DNA from: Schizosaccharomyces osmophilus
Lineage: Eukaryota
Assembly: GCF_027921745.1 (NCBI RefSeq)
Contig: NC_079240.1
Location: forward strand, 682,001-746,000
DNA: 64,000 nt
Direction of reading: 5' to 3'
Shown: one piece after another, positions 26,201 to 39,835 of the stretch
How the letters are laid out: each line of letters starts with the position of its first letter
Numbering within the stretch: the stretch's first letter is position 1
Notes under the pieces: model-generated
Database searches by the model: none
What the model was told of the DNA's origin: nothing
What the model saw: the letters and a program-made list of their open reading frames with translations, nothing else
Made by a program: the position numbers and the translations under genes

Positions 26201-26441
26201 ATGGTTCAAAGGCGGCCATCAAACGTCCATTGTAGCTGTTCTCCGTGTTTGGATGTATTCTTTCGGAATATTCTGTTTTATAGCAGGAGTTTACTTGATC
26301 TTATCCGAATCGGCCGTCTTCGATCGTTTAATGCACGGCAAGGCTAAGAAAGGAGGCTCTACTCGTACGCTTGAAGATTTTGTTTTACGGTTGCAGCGTA
26401 CTTCAACTCACCATGAACAAGATGGAAAGCATAACGGCTAA
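23295..26441 (+). CDS. pma2: P-type plasma membrane H+-ATPase with long N-terminal extension
   Basis: [22 protein letters not shown] and TGDGVND motifs. The extension, weak codon bias and synteny favour pma2 over pma1. Confidence 0.92.
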   Translation: MQNSDIGADPSGSYPSRQYVHRQTSQEGDNRFSNDWNTRTYVYDDSNPHSTQQETDSIASSGHERYTDSDQGNHESSAVDYDNASGAVAPNAQNQPPQSPAGHTAAQQLPQQQQQHEPTQQQSQHEPPSSPPDSANNEKAAEAVNQPQPQNQQQPGGDGDEDDDDEDIDALIEDLYSQDNQEEEEEEEEKHEPGGVKTVPEELLQTDPKQGLSQSEVEQRQSKYGLNQMKEEKQNNFKKFLSFFLGPIQFVMEAAAALAAGLRDWVDFGVICALLLLNATVGFVQEYQAGSIVDELKKTMALKSSVIRDGHVVELEAKDIVPGDILHLDDGTICPADGRLISDDCYLQVDQSAITGESLAVDKHKNDTMYSSSSVKRGEAYMVVTATADSTFVGRAASLVGAAGQAQGHFTEVLNGIGTVLLVLVILTLLCIYTAAFYRTVRLARLLEYTLAITIIGVPVGLPAVVTTTMAVGAAYLAKKRAIVQKLSAIESLAGVEILCSDKTGTLTKNRLSMGEPYCVEGVDPDDLMITSCLASSRKKKGLDAIDKAFLKALRDYPKAKQKLSKYKILDFHPFDPVSKKVTAIVETPEGERVTCVKGAPLWVFKTVQEDHEVPQEISDAYREQVNDMASRGFRSLGVARKVEGKQWDILGIMPCSDPPRNDTGRTIGEAIRLGLRIKMLTGDAVGIAKETARQLGMGTNVYNAERLGLGGGGDMPGSEVYDFVEAADGFAEVFPQHKYSVVDILQQRGYLVAMTGDGVNDAPSLKKADTGIAVEGASDAARSAADIVFLAPGLSAIIDALKTSRQIFHRMYAYIVYRIALSLHLEIFFGLWIIILNRLMNLELIVFIAIFADVATLAIAYDNAPFAPKPVKWNLPRLWGLSTVVGILLAIGTWIVNTTMIAEGQNRGIVQNFGVLDEVLFLQISLTENWLIFITRCNGPFWSSIPSWQLTGAVLVVDILATIFCIFGWFKGGHQTSIVAVLRVWMYSFGIFCFIAGVYLILSESAVFDRLMHGKAKKGGSTRTLEDFVLRLQRTSTHHEQDGKHNG

Positions 26442-27024
26442 TTGCTTGCCCTTCTTTTCAATCGATTTTTTGGTCACTCTTTTTGATTTATGTATATAGC
26501 TAGTAAACAGCATCCACAATAATGAGTATCTAATAATGAAATTAGATTATATTTAAATTTTCGCAAATATAATAAATAAATTAGGATATTTCCAAATAAA
26601 GTGTAGCAACACACCTTCCTTCAAGCAATTATTAACAGTGTATTAATTCCATACAAGTAACCCAAGGTTATCGCATTCATATGCAACTCATTTTAAAAAA
26701 AGTAAGGGTATTCTCTGTAGTAAAATAAACGAATAATAATCAAATACTTGTTTTTTTTTTTTGGAAATGAAATAATAAAATAATTTAGGGCAATTAATTA
26801 TTATCAACAAGATCACTGATCCACAAAACGGCAACCCGAATAGTCAATACATAAAAAGATACATAACAAAACAACTGCAATTGACGTAAAATATACTTCC
26901 GTAGCAAGCATAAGTATTAAGAGGCCTCAGTAACATTTATCCTAAAAAAGGAAGGACAATTTAACAAGAATGAACGAACAAAAAAGATAAACGTTTACAG
27001 GTACTCTAAGCTTTCGAGAAAAAC

Positions 27025-28215
27025 TCAACTTCTGGAGATCTTTTTCCTCCGTTTAGCCATTTCAAGTTCTCGCTCTCTTTGCTCTTCTAATTCATCCTCA
27101 CGACGAGCAGCCCGAGCAGCTGCTTGTTCTTCGCGCCATACATCTTGCCCGGTAGCCTCCATATCGTCATCATCGCTATACAAAGCATCACGGGATACAT
27201 AATCTTGTTTCCGCTTTCCAAAAATTTTCCAGATCTCAGAAGACACGTCTGGTGCACCGTCATCATCGTCCTCGTCAGACACCAGAAAATCATCTTTGGG
27301 ACGACTTTTCAATTTTGGCTTTGAAACACGAGATGAAGGAGCATCGGGACGTTTTATAGTCCTTTCGGCAGCATTTGTAATGTTCGATTTGCTTAACGTC
27401 GCAGAGGATCTGGACTTTGGCAGAACAGCAGGTACACCGCCAGCGGTTTTGGGCTTTGGAAGGGGATTTACATTACTTGGTGTACCTATTCGCTTCCGCA
27501 TAATTTCATCTTGTACTTCTGCAATAGATCGCTTGTCACGCTTGGGTCCAGCCTGCAATTGGACAAGTTCACCAGGTCGAGAAGAAACTTTTTTTCTTAC
27601 TCCGCTAAAAGGCGCATTAGTGGACGAAGAACGAGATAAGTTTGAGGCCAATCCAGCAGGGATAGGAGAATCTGCCTTTAGCCACGCTAAGGAAGCAGGA
27701 GCCGTTGAATTCGACGATGCGATGCCAACTCGACTGTTAACACCAAAAGGGTCCTTGGACGGTATTTTTTCAGGAACTCTAGAAGATCGCTTAGAAGTAG
27801 ATGGGATGCTAGGCTTGGTATTGCCTTTTGTAACCGAAGATGGATTTTTAGAATCAGATGCTTGACGAAGCAATTCATTGTAAGAAACTGGTTTCTTCTT
27901 CTCTAATCGCTCTTTGTCTTTATGCTCCCGTAACGCTCGAGCCTCATCCGCCGATAAAGGAGGACGTTCAGATTGTCCGGTGTTTTCGGATGCGCGCTTT
28001 TGCTCTTTCAACTGACGACGCTTTTGTTCTTCGTCATACTTTGTACGCAATTCGCGTTCTCTCTGTGCCCGTCGTATCTGGTCTCGCTCTTCCTTCAATT
28101 CAATTGCTTTCTCACGAACCTGAGCTTTTTTTAATTGCTCCAGCTGTGTAACAGTTTGAGCAGATTGGCTATCGGCAAGCGCCATGAGTTTCTGGAAAGA
28201 TGGTGTTCCGGCCAT
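27025..28215 (-). CDS. spt2: Chromatin protein Spt2
   Basis: C-terminal SPT2 signature DVSSEIWKIFG...DDDMEA...WREEQ...ARREDELE. Confidence 0.9.
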   Translation of the reverse strand: MAGTPSFQKLMALADSQSAQTVTQLEQLKKAQVREKAIELKEERDQIRRAQRERELRTKYDEEQKRRQLKEQKRASENTGQSERPPLSADEARALREHKDKERLEKKKPVSYNELLRQASDSKNPSSVTKGNTKPSIPSTSKRSSRVPEKIPSKDPFGVNSRVGIASSNSTAPASLAWLKADSPIPAGLASNLSRSSSTNAPFSGVRKKVSSRPGELVQLQAGPKRDKRSIAEVQDEIMRKRIGTPSNVNPLPKPKTAGGVPAVLPKSRSSATLSKSNITNAAERTIKRPDAPSSRVSKPKLKSRPKDDFLVSDEDDDDGAPDVSSEIWKIFGKRKQDYVSRDALYSDDDDMEATGQDVWREEQAAARAARREDELEEQRERELEMAKRRKKISRS

Positions 28216-28400
28216 TACTAAAACTCCTTATAACAGTCGATTTTTCTACAAAAACCCAGTATTTCCTTATATTAGACCATGCCACTTAGTGCTTCTCCTT
28301 CAAATATAGGTAGTCGACAACACCGTATTTTATCGCTTACTCTGCTACGTGTCAGGAAATAGTGAAGTTTGTCGTTGGGGTTCACTAAATAAACATATAG

Positions 28401-28420
28401 AGGGTAGGGTAATGTGACTG
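28401..28420 (+). promoter_or_regulatory. Homol E plus Homol D ribosomal-protein promoter module
   Basis: Exact AGGGTAGGGT (28401-28410) followed by TGTGACTG (28413-28420), about 80 bp before the rps15 ATG. Confidence 0.9.
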
Positions 28421-28497
28421 TTTATACAAGGCCAAACTACAGACACGACAGTCGGTTTTAGCGGAGTTTTGACCATCACCAACTACTGTTTTGCAAA

Positions 28498-28953
28498 ATG
28501 GCTGAAGAAGATGCACTCCGCGCTGCTGAATTAAGAAAGAGAAGAACCTTCCGTACTTTCACCTACCGCGGTGTTGAGCTTGAAAAGCTCTTGGACCTTT
28601 CTGCTGAGGAATTGATTGAATTGTTCCCTGCTCGTCTTCGCCGCCGCATGCTCCGTGGTCTTGGAGCCGGTGCTTCTCGCTTCATCAAGAAGCTCCGTCA
28701 AGCCAAGGCTGAGGCTCCTGTCAACGAGAAGCCTGCTGTTGTCAAGACTCACTTGCGTGGCATGATCATCCTTCCTGAAATGGTTGGCTCTCTCGTCGGT
28801 GTCTACAACGGTAAGCTTTTCAACCAAGTTGAAATTCGTCCTGAAATGATTGGCCACTACTTGGGTGAATTCTCCATCTCTTACAAGCCCACCAGACACG
28901 GTCGCCCTGGTATTGGTGCTACAAACAGCTCTCGTTTCATTCCTCTTAAGTAA
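28498..28953 (+). CDS. rps15: 40S ribosomal protein S15 (uS19)
   Basis: [28 protein letters not shown] and SSRFIPLK. Confidence 0.98.
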   Translation: MAEEDALRAAELRKRRTFRTFTYRGVELEKLLDLSAEELIELFPARLRRRMLRGLGAGASRFIKKLRQAKAEAPVNEKPAVVKTHLRGMIILPEMVGSLVGVYNGKLFNQVEIRPEMIGHYLGEFSISYKPTRHGRPGIGATNSSRFIPLK

Positions 28954-29479
28954 GAAATGGAAAAGAGCATATACGAAAACGCGGAAAAAGCTGGATATAT
29001 GGTTGGTTATGTTCACGCCCTTGCTTCCTATATACGTCTTTCCATGTTTTTGTATATTCGCATAAAAATATTTCCCTTTTCTATGAAATGGTAAAGTTGG
29101 CTCAGGTTTGATGTAGATGTGGAAGTGGTATTTAAAATGTTTGTAATATTAGAAAAAGATGTAGCATCCAAAGTAAGGAATTTGTTGAATACAATTTATA
29201 TCGCGAGTATCAAAAACATAAGAATTGTGTGGGTGTAGGCATGAGAAAGAATGTTGGAAACTGTCCTCGATTAGACTATCTAACCCGTCGCTTCGAAGCG
29301 TAAATTGTATACAGAATTGATTTGTTTCTCAGAAAATAACGGTTGAAAGTATGTCATTAAATTTTGTATTGATAGTTTACTCAGAATTTTCACAGCAGAT
29401 TGCACTTGTTTCTGGATAAATACATTTCAAGTTCAAAAAAGTACGAAAAATATGACTTAATTAGAAAGCGTTTAAAAAT

Positions 29480-30224
29480 ATGGAAATTTATGATAAGAAA
29501 AAGTCATTTTTAACGCGCCAGATCCAGCTTTTGTCGCATCCTTTACAGATTCCCAAGAAACTGCATATACAGTCGGAATCGAATGACTTTAATGATTCAA
29601 TTGTTGAACGGGTTTTCCAAAGTCAGTAGACACACCGGCGAGTATGGACTTATATTAACTCAGTTTATAGGATTACATTTGCGAGTGAAAAGGCACGTAC
29701 GATTCAACTACTCACAGCAAGCGACCCAGCACGTTGCAGCCCAAATAAGAAAACTTTACGAACAAAGTACTCAGCTGGAGAACTTGTCCTCGCTGCCTTC
29801 CTGTTTATATGGCGACTTTGATTTGCGTGACATTGTAAGTTTGCAAAATTTACCACACCCTTGGCCATTTCAGTTAGAGCAAAATGAGCAGGAAAAGCAA
29901 AGTCAGCAGGACCGGTATGACATGTTGGTTGGAGAATTAATATCTTCATTGTCTGCCCTAGAGCAGATAAAACAAGAACGAAAAGTTATAGAGGACTACC
30001 GACTATCTCTGAAACCGTTCCTGAATAACACTCGATCGCCTGCAAGACAACAGTGGAAAAAAAACACAGAACTGCCTGCCCTCCTTTCCTCTGTCAACGT
30101 CACGGTTGCTAGAGCCAATGCTCGTCTCAGAAATGACTCCCTCATGTCTATAAATCCAGTTAACAAAGACCAAATATTCCCTCTTGAAGAAAGACTTAAG
30201 GACCAGCATTTTCGCAATTCTTAA
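29480..30224 (+). CDS. fta4: Kinetochore Sim4-complex subunit Fta4; probable exons 29480-29621, 29671-30224
   Basis: KKSFLTRQIQLLSHPL, YSQQATQHVAAQI and LPHPWP resemble the Fta4 family. In-frame splice. Synteny. Confidence 0.8.
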
Positions 30225-30624
30225 ATTAGCAATTATCGGAGGAAGAAATTTTTTTGGACTAGATTGTTTACTTGACCATTCTCCTTTATGACATTACCTT
30301 GAGTATCCCATGGTACCTTAATGAAAAATGACTATTCATGATTCAAGGATTCCCATCATCTTGTTGTTAATCTCAAAACAAAAAATAATTTGGTAAATGG
30401 GGTTTAATATATTAATTCTTGTTGTACAGACGAAAATCGAACTCGAAAAGAACGGCGCACTAGAAATAACCAGGTGTGTCTTATTAATAAAAAAGAAATC
30501 ATAAAAACGCAAAAAAATAATAATAATATAAGATGTAACAAGTTGTATGTCCAAATTGTAACCTAGAATGGACGAATCCATCTTGACGAATACCAATATA
30601 CTTAATTTGCATTCGTGAGAAATA

Positions 30625-33600
30625 ATGATTGAGAAGGCGTCTAATGAAAACAAAGGTACTTTTTTCTTTCTTAAATGGTTACTTATTTAGGTGAAATGAC
30701 ATTTTATTTGCAATCGACATATGTTTTGCATGACGAATTCGTGGACAATTTCATAAATTCCATTAAGCAAGTTGCTTCATTGACTTTTCCTGACTAACGA
30801 GAGAAGATGTTTTTCTCATGTACCGTTTACGATAGCTTACGATGCTTCTTCACAGGTAAGCAGTTGTTTCGCTTTATTCCAAGTGAAACAAAAAACAAAA
30901 CCGACATTGAGTTAACAAGTCAAGAGTTTTGTAATCCGCATTACCGCCGAAGGCCGTAAGCAAGCAATTGAGTAGTAAGGTCCATTTCTATTTACTTGGT
31001 ACTGACTATCTATGAAATTGCAGTTACCAAAAGATCGTTGAAAGGTTTCGTCAGGAAATAAACAGATATACTGAATCTTTAGTAAAGGCAGACCCACTTG
31101 GTTATATGTACTTTACTTCGAAAGAGCTTTCAAGGTTTGAAGAGTTCTCTTTACGTCTTCATGGAAACCAGACTTTTGAATATAATAAGGATTCAAGCCA
31201 AAATACACTCGACTCCTTCAGTCCGGAAGCTTTCAAATCAAAAGATAAAGTTATCAACAATGACTCCGACTTTGATATGCCTAACGAAACTGGCGTATTC
31301 ATAGCCGAATGGTCTCCAGCAAAGTTTCAAAAAAGCCTTAAACGCATTCTTATCCTTCCGAACCATGCGAATTTACTAAAAGAATTTGGTAAAGCTTCGA
31401 ATGTAAAATACAAGGTTTGCGATGAGAATAATGTACTCTATTCAAAAATGATTATACGTGTAGCTAACCGCGAAAAGTACCTTACACTACGTGCATCAAC
31501 AAGAAAGGATTTAAATAAGATGCTATACTTACTGAATAGGCTCGATAGTTTACTTGCTCAGGAGATTTGTGACCACTGTGAAAGAAACCTCTTTTGTATA
31601 GGAAGGTTCCCCAGCTGCGAATTGAAGTTTTCAGCCCTTACAATTGATCATCCTCTTTATCGAACTCTTCTTTTAAGTCCTCAAGTTCGTAAAATCGTGG
31701 AAAATCCTGAAGAGTCGTGTTTTCTCATTCACCTTGTATACTATGATAACACCACTAATACTTATAAAAATTTCTCCTTATGCGATACTTTAGGAGGGAA
31801 ATCTTCATCTAATTTAAATTTTCCTCTTTTTGGCAAAGGCGATAAAAGCGTTATAAAAACTCATTTACCGGTGTCTCTTGATAAAAAAGGCGATGCTTTA
31901 AATAAGGAAATGGGGACTTCAGCGTCTTATTCAATAAATCCTATGTCTCCCGAGTCGAATCGGGAATTATCTGAAGGGTTTCAAATCGTTTCAAAAACGA
32001 AAGGTCCTTCGGAAAAAGTCCAAAACCCCAAGAATACTAGTAGTACTACTTACCCTAATCTAGACGGTACTAAAGAGAAGGTAAATAAAGAAGATCAGCC
32101 ATCAAGTATAAGCAAACTGAAGAAAAGGCCTCCGAAATATAATATCAAGCTCCCTTTGCGTCCTGCTAAATCATCAGAGGTAGCTCAACCAGCTTCAGAT
32201 GAAATTGTTGTTCGTCGTGCAGTCATAACTGAGAATGATGGGGGTGAGAATATATCTGAACCAGAAAACCGGGAGCAACGAGTTAGTACTTCTGTATGCT
32301 CTTCACCTTCATTAGCTTTGGAAAGTCTTTCTTTGAATAAGCATACACCTATTGAAGCACATAGAAGAATTTCTTTGGTATCTACAGATTCTGGTGTTCG
32401 CAATCTTCAGCTTTGTTTGTTCAATGGCAATCACCCCGAGCACTCAGAAAATAATGAAAACTTTGATAAACAAAACAAAAAAATACTGCACATGACCCTC
32501 TCTAAAAGGTAAGCGGTTTCATTTTCTATAGAAGCATAATATTAACTTGATTTAGTTTGCATATTCTGCAATCATTTTCAGGTGAAATACACATGTCTTT
32601 AAAGTATAATAAGAAAAGACGTTCTGTTTGCTAACGACTTTACAGATTTGGCAAAATACTTTATCCAAATTTGAAGCCAGAAATTTATCAATTTTCTCTA
32701 AGTCTTTCTCGCTTTTATAAAAAGAATGACTTGCCTAAGTCCTTGTTTTCGAATTGGTAGTATGAAGTTATAGGAATATTTCTAACCGCTTTTAGTATTA
32801 CTAACTCAGTTGAAGAAATTCATAGCTTTTTAAAAAGGCCTGTAATTATTCAATATAGTCATTCTGAAAAGTCTTATGACATAGCGAAACCTAAGACTGT
32901 TGGAACAACCGATCGCTTTCTATTCCACGGAATACTCAAAGGTAAGAAGAAAAAAGAATCTTCGACGCCTTTTTTTATGAGATGTACCTCTACTTTAGAG
33001 GAATGTTGCTTCTTTGAATCTCGTGATGCAACCTCCGTTTGCAATTTTAACTTCGCTGCTATGTATGTTCGTTTGTTTTCAACCAGCTAATTTTTAGGCC
33101 TTGGGATGCTCGATTAGAGGTTCACGCATGTAAGGTTTTAAACCGCACGATATTAAGAGAATTCTCTGATTCTTTATGTTTCAGGTGCGTTGATCGAATA
33201 AAAAAGAAAAATGAATGTAACATGCGCTAACTTTAAAAGGAATGATGGCAATAACAGCTTGTTGAGCTTTAATAACTTGGATAATAGAGTTGTTATATTG
33301 TCGGTTCAGCGAATTCAAGAAAATCTGGTACCCTTTAACAACGAATTGCTTTCTCATTCTACTGATTTCGTGTTGAAGTATTCACAAGTTAATAATTTTG
33401 AGATATTTACTTCTTTGGAAAATCCCTCATCGCAAAATATTTATTTGCAGCAACCTCACAAAGATAGGTTTTCTACAAACTATACGGTTGAACTCGAAAG
33501 TCCATTCATGAACTCTCAATTTGAACATAATAAGATGATGAGGCCAACAGAAACGGCAAAGTGGGACTTGAGTAATCCACAATTTATCGGAGGTGTGATG

Positions 33601-33678
33601 ATAGAAAATACTCAGGATTGGTATACTGCTGCAATAATTATAGTAAAACAATTGCAAAATACTAACTCGATACTTTAA
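30625..33678 (+). CDS. ers1: RNAi/heterochromatin factor Ers1, multi-intron; the true start may lie further upstream
   Basis: Several short exons can be joined in frame to the 31106-32512 and 33211-33678 ORFs. Position between fta4 and ipi1. Identity rests mainly on synteny. Confidence 0.7.
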
Positions 33679-33784
33679 TTTATAATAATTCAATACTTCT
33701 TTCAATGCTTACAAAATTTAAACCGATAGCCCAAATCTTATTAAATAAACAGTTCTAATGAAAAAGGAAATCGCCATACCTCAC

Positions 33785-35138
33785 TCATTCTTCTTCCAAA
33801 TCATCAACCTTCTTTTTAAACCGCTCAAACTGATTAATAATGCTTTTCCATTCTTGTTCTGCCGCAAAATTAGCTTGTAACAAGCCTGATTCGCGATCTA
33901 TTTTTTCAAAAATCTTCATAAATTGTTTCTTCAAGTGATCCTCTTCGAACGAAGACGCGAGTATATAATTTACTAGGACGTCCAAAATAGAAAGTACTGT
34001 TTGACAGATTTTTGAAGAGCCTGAACCTGTCCGGAAATCCTTAACTATAGGACAAGCATCAGACCACGCATCCCTAGTGAAATCTAAAAGTCCGGGAATA
34101 AATGGAAGCATATTTTGAAATCGAAATTGAGGGTTATCAACAAGATCATGTTTGCTTGCACTAAAAAGTGAAAGATATGAAAACGAGCTCGGCGTTCGTA
34201 ATTGGTCATACTGGGGGTGAACCACTATGTTTTGTTCCATATAAGGATAATCCAAATGGATAGCAGATCGAGCAGTTTTTGACTGACAATTTGGATCAAT
34301 TCCTAAATGTAAAAATTCATTGCAGACACTTATGTGACGGATTAAATTAGTAGTAGATTTTTTAGAAAAAACAGACGTTCTTTTTACTGATGCTGAATCG
34401 GTACTCCAACCAAGTAAACTAGAAAAGCATTCTAAAGTTTTCCTCCAATGAAGGGAAAGTACAGAAGAACTCAGTTTGTTTCTGCAAGCTTTTAAAATGA
34501 GTGAAAGATACCGAGTTGAGTCGTTTCTGATAGAAGGAGTGATATGTGTCATTCCTGAGTGGGTATACAAAAACATAATACCAACATTGGGTTCTAAAAG
34601 ATTGGGGTCTATGGTAAACATCACTTTTAGAAAAAATTGATACAGACTTTCTCGCACTTGGGCCGATTCGTCAAGGATAAGCGGAGACGTAACCTTTGCC
34701 AGCAAAGACGTAGACGTTGTCAATAATCCAGGATGTGACAAAACATAATGGGATAGTTTGTCCAACGATTCTGATACATTAGTAAATTTCCATAATAATA
34801 TGACAAACCTTGTCTTTGAGACGCGTTATGGTGTTTCAACATCCCAATCAGATGTGAGAATTGAGCACGGTCTTTGGCATCATGCGTAAATTCTTCTTTT
34901 TCAATTGTAGCTTGAGTAGGTAAAACAAGGGCTAAGAAGTGTTAATTAATTTTAATTCACTGACCTTGTTCAGCTTACTCTTCGACCTAAAACTTGTGTC
35001 TGTAAAATTGTTTGGCAATTGTTTCGATTTGCCAACTTTGAGTTTTTGTTTCTAAGATAGGTTAAATACAGTTATTCCTAAAAACTTTCATACGTTAAAA
35101 TCAGCTCTTTTAGCTTTTGCTTTCTTGGATTTTCCCAT
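33785..35138 (-). CDS. ipi1: Rix1-complex subunit Ipi1, with three 5' introns
   Basis: MGKSKKAKAKRADFN, KLKVGK, NFTDT and HSGMTHI..IRNDS motifs. Confidence 0.9.
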
Positions 35139-35306
35139 TGCAGAATATATGTTCTTTATACGAGCTGCTAGGGTTGAAGATATTGTACACACCACTGAGG
35201 TATAGGGTATATAAACACCGAATGAAGTTAATCAAATCCATTGAGCATATTATTGCTATTATACAATTTATATAAATAGAAGATATTAAATTCTTAAAAA
35301 AAAATT

Positions 35307-38025
35307 TCAATTCGTTGCATTGTTTTTCTTGTTGAAACGCAAAAATCCAAACGCATTTTGAAACTGTTGCTTTTCAAGCTCTAAACTGGAAAGTTTCGTA
35401 GGTGAGGCAATATATTCGGTGTTTGTACAACTAGTAACAGATACAGTTTTGTGTACTTCCTTTGTTATTGTTTGATGCTGCTCTTGCAGTTTCTGATTGA
35501 ACGCTTGAGCTTGTAAGAGTTTGATTTGCAAGCTTCTCAAATTTTCATGGTTTTCAAAATTCTTTGGCAAAGGTGTAGTCAAAAACGAGGCTTGATCAGT
35601 TACTGCTTCAAGTGGTAAAGTTAGTTGATAAACTAAAAGTAACAGAATTCCGAAGCAACTTAACATTAAAAGCAAAGATTGTGAACGAGAACAGAAAACC
35701 TGCCAAGCACTAGGTGCAGGAAGTACAACCTTTTCATAATTATTAATTAGCACATTAGTTTCATCATGACTTTGTTCTTCTATTTCATAGCAGAGGATTA
35801 AATCGGAAACAGTTTGATTATTCCATGCCAATTGAGTGACTGAAACAGGTTGTTTAAGCATCGTTCGTTTGCTATTAGGATCAATGTAACCAGCAAGAAA
35901 ATCTAATATAGTTAGTAATAAAGCGGCAAAACAATACATACAAGAAGTCGATTGAATGTGAATCATAGTTGGGACAAGAGAGGGTACATTAGGTGTAGGA
36001 ATTGAAAGTTTAATAGATGTGAAGTTTGAGCACTTTTCATACACAGATTTGATACTCCAGCAAATGTCAACCGAAGAAGTTGGATAGCGGCCTTGAAATA
36101 CTACAACTTCACCACTTTCGAAAAGAACCATTCGATGTTCTGTTTTTGGATGGCCGTTCACCATGCCCCAACTTAATGAGGAATATTTGGGCTGAACAAT
36201 ACGGATGAGTTCCTTTCCTGGTTTTAGGGAAGAAACAATGTTCATGGATAGCAAAACATCCATACCACCATCAGAGGGCTGAATTGAGAGTGTGGAGGAA
36301 CTGATCCAAGTATACTCTTTAGGCCAAGGAAATTTCGGGCTAGAAAACGAAGGTAATTTGCTGACCTGAAACTGAAAGGGTCGTACACAAGGACTGGAAC
36401 TTTTTCGATGATAAGAAAGGACATTTAATTGATTCGAATTATTGGGAATCCAGGAGTCGGTAATCGCAGTATGTGGGACGACGACTTCACAAGGAAAAGG
36501 AGGTCGTTCAATCTCTAGACTACATAGAGATGGCAAAGGAGACAAAACCATTGGCACATACGCCTTTGCGCCGGATTCAGTGACTTGCTGGAACACAAAC
36601 GAGTACGTACAGCTAGAAAATGGGAAGCCCGCTTCAAATTCACATATACGAAAGCCTTGTAAATCAACGTTTGTGGAATCTGAAAAAGTTAGATAAAGAA
36701 AAATTCAGGATGGAAGACATACTAGGTGGATCTGTGCCAATGAGTCGAAGAGGGGCTAACTTTGATAAATCTTGATTAATGAAAGATTCGGAGACAAGAA
36801 TAAAGAAACGTGGTTTAAGTTTAGAAGCAGGGGATGAAGATGACATTTGAGAAGGAGAAGGAAGAAGTTTTAAAAATTTAAGCGACTCACAAGCAAAAGT
36901 AAGTTTGCAAGAGATTTCAAACAAGGAAGCTTCTTGGTTTAAAGGAATAGTTTGAATTTCGGCCGTAAGAGTACAAAGGGAGCTTTCGGGGCGCCAAACA
37001 GAAAGAGGTTTCTGGTATACTCGTAACTGTGGACCAAGTTTGAAAGTAAATTCAGACATCGAAAAGGGTGGCCAAGAAGTAGTTTGTCCTCCTTCTTCCG
37101 AATGCGTTTCTCGTTTTCTTTTGTCAAAGGATTTTATTCGTGTTTGCGTAGATTTCGGAATGCCCATGCTGACCTGATCCACGGATAGTTGCAGGGTGGA
37201 TTGAGGGGAAGAAATCGGAGACAGAAAGGAAAGAGCGATGTCAAAGTTGGAAGGTAGGAAGGATAGCGGAACGTATTTCTCTAGAGAAAGGAAATCACGA
37301 AAGATGGGAACATGCAATTCCAACACAAGTACGGCTTTTGTTACTTGGTTTGTATCAAAGATAGTCAAGGAGAAAGAGTCATCCAAAATGTCAAGGGAGA
37401 CAAGAGGGTCTTTGGTGTTTGCCAGAGTGGTATAATCAAAGGATGCATCAGACGATTCCGACGACGAGAAATCAGAGCCTGAAGAATTAGGAGGTGAAGA
37501 AGAGCAAGAAGAAGAATGATCAGAAAGAGAAATAATAGACGGATGTTCTTGCAGATGAGGAGAGTTTGTGGAAGAGTTGTCCAAAGAAGCTGAGTGTTGA
37601 AGGAGTTCCTCAATGCAAGAAAAGCGGAAACGAGGAGGGGAACAGCAATCGTCTTCTCGATTCAAATAAGCAGAGATTGAGGATGAGTCGGTATCACGCA
37701 CAAGCTCAAGGAGGCATACGCCATCTGAAGTATGCAGACGAAAAGAAAGACGGGGAATGGCAAAGGAACAGAGAAACAGATGGAGCAAAGGAAGAGGAAG
37801 AGGATTCCTGTTGGCAAGGGGGATAATCTATGAAGAGTTAGTCATGGAGAGGAAAGTAGGAAGGGTGGTTCAAATATTGCATACAGTATATTCGGCTTGG
37901 AAATGGGAGGTAAACGCAGGAAGCCAAGTTCCTTGAGATTGAATTTGTAAATAATGAAAATCTGGATGTCGTGAAGAAGCAGATGAACGCGAAGAAAATA
38001 ACCGGGGAATAGCAAAGATGCTCAT
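35307..38025 (-). CDS. mug4: Schizosaccharomyces-specific protein with C-terminal TM helix and coiled coil; exons 38025-37885, 37827-36723, 36679-35307
   Basis: Two GTATG..CTAAC..AG introns join three ORF-track ORFs in frame. The name comes from synteny only. Confidence 0.65.
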
Positions 38026-38301
38026 GATTCCGAACAAGCAGGAATAAAAGCCCACCCAATAAAATTAAAATAAGAAAACAAAACAAAACAGAAGAAGAAA
38101 CTGCAAATCGTATGGACGACAATGAGTTACTGGACGGGAATTGGAAAAGGAAAAGGAATCGAGTGTTAGGAGGATACGGTAAACAAAGAAAAAAGGTAAC
38201 ATAAACAAACAAAGAAACAACAGCCAAAAAAGATATCTTGTATATTTAGTAAAACATGTACATACTCAAAAATTCTATGTTTTGTTTATTGAAAAAGGAA
38301 G

Positions 38302-38348
<47 letters not shown>
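38302..38348. repeat. A33 homopolymer followed by (CA)7
   Basis: Read directly from the sequence. Confidence 0.95.
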
Positions 38349-38387
38349 GAGCGCTCGCGGAAGAGCCGCTCCAAAAAACTAAAAAAA

Positions 38388-38471
38388 TCTCTCGAGCCAG
38401 ATTCGAACTAGCGACCAACCGGTATCTTAGAAATTACAGCCGGATGTGATAACCAACTACACCATCGAGAG
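38388..38471 (-). tRNA. tRNA-Tyr(GTA) with short intron
   Basis: CTCTCGA/TCGAGAG acceptor stem, CCGG-CTGTAA-[intron]-ACCGG anticodon arm, GTTCGAATC B box and T7 terminator. Confidence 0.95.
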
Positions 38472-39465
38472 ATCTGTTAAACCAGTATTTAATTGAAACT
38501 ATATAAAGAGCTATGAAGGAGGAATGGAAGAATATCCAACCGGATTTCGAAAAAAAGAATTTTAAAATTTGTATGGTATCTCTCTTTCTTCTATTCTCAT
38601 TCTCATTCCCATTTTAATTACAACCAACGTTTCTAGTCCATTTCCCTTGTTTCGGTTATGCCTTATCTTCCTACTGAACTACTTCTCCTCATGACGGTTT
38701 GGAACTGCGGTCCCTATCAAACCAAACTCTATGCAGTAGGTAGCCGAAACGCGTCGTACTGAATCGCTGGTTTTGACAAAAAGGCATCGTTGCTTTTGTT
38801 CCAAGGACAAAAAAATGAAAATGAAAAGCGACGTTGAAGAGAAATCGCGTTTTATTGGTTTTTCTTCCTTTTTTCTTTTGTTTTTTTCTGGTGGCTGTGC
38901 TATCGCAAGTTTTTCGTTGTCTCGCGCCGTTACAGCTTATCCTGTCCCTAAACAACCTTATCTGTCCAAACTTTCATCCGTCTATGATGATAGGAAATAA
39001 CGTCCGTCGTCCAATCAGAGCTAATAAAGTCCCTCAAGCTAGAGATAAGGTTTCTTGGTGCATACGAGTCTAGACGATTCGATCCTTCTCACTGGTTACG
39101 AAAAGTGTTCACCTTACCCAATAAGTCATCCCAGGTTTGTCCGGGTTTTCAATCGTCGGGCGCACGTTTTTAGGTCCTGGAACCCGATTTCTCCTATTTA
39201 AGAGTCCATCCCCCCACAAGCCTAGCTGAACACCACACACACACACACACACATACACATATAAATTTTCGCCAGATTTCATACAACTTCAAGACAACAT
39301 AAAAAGTATTTTTTGTTTGTTGGTATTCTGTATAAAGATTCAATTGTTGATTCTTTTCGTGTATACCTTGTAAGATATTCCAAGAAAGCGCGTGTTTTCT
39401 CTTTTTTGTAATCATTTGTTTTTGTTTTATTTCATCTGTTTTTCCGTGCGCGTCGTTCGCCCAAA

Positions 39466-39835
39466 ATGTGTTAAATTTTGTGATACGTGAATAGTGTTGC
39501 TACTAACTCTTGTTGGTTTTTATTGATTTTTATTTTTGTGTGTGTTATGTTTTGTTGAAAAAAAAAATCGCCTAATAGGTTTGTCGTCTTTTTTTTTTGT
39601 TAAAAAAAGGGAATTCTTTTGTTTATCTGTTTAATATGTTCTCCTAAATACTTGTTTGATTAAGGTTACTGTCCTTTTTCGATTTGGTCCCTCCCTTTCC
39701 ATAGGTTTGCTTTTCTAGGAATCGGTTTTTTATCCCGTTTTCTTTTTTGCCATTTATATTTTTTTTGTTTCCTAGATATTTTGTGGTTTCATTCCATTTT
39801 CCAAGATGTCTCGGTGGTTTATAACCTCTCTTTGA
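39466..39835 (+). promoter_or_regulatory. Four short uORFs in the fil1 5' leader (MC*, MFC*, MFS*, MSRWFITSL*)
   Basis: Located at 39466-39474, 39547-39558, 39636-39647 and 39806-39835. These are the only ATGs I found between about 39200 and the main ATG. Confidence 0.8.

Noticed and set aside
27296..27865. 189-aa ORF antisense to spt2
   Set aside because: Shadow of low-complexity coding sequence.
28531..29016. 161-aa antisense ORF over rps15
   Set aside because: Same codon-bias shadow, with no recognisable motifs.
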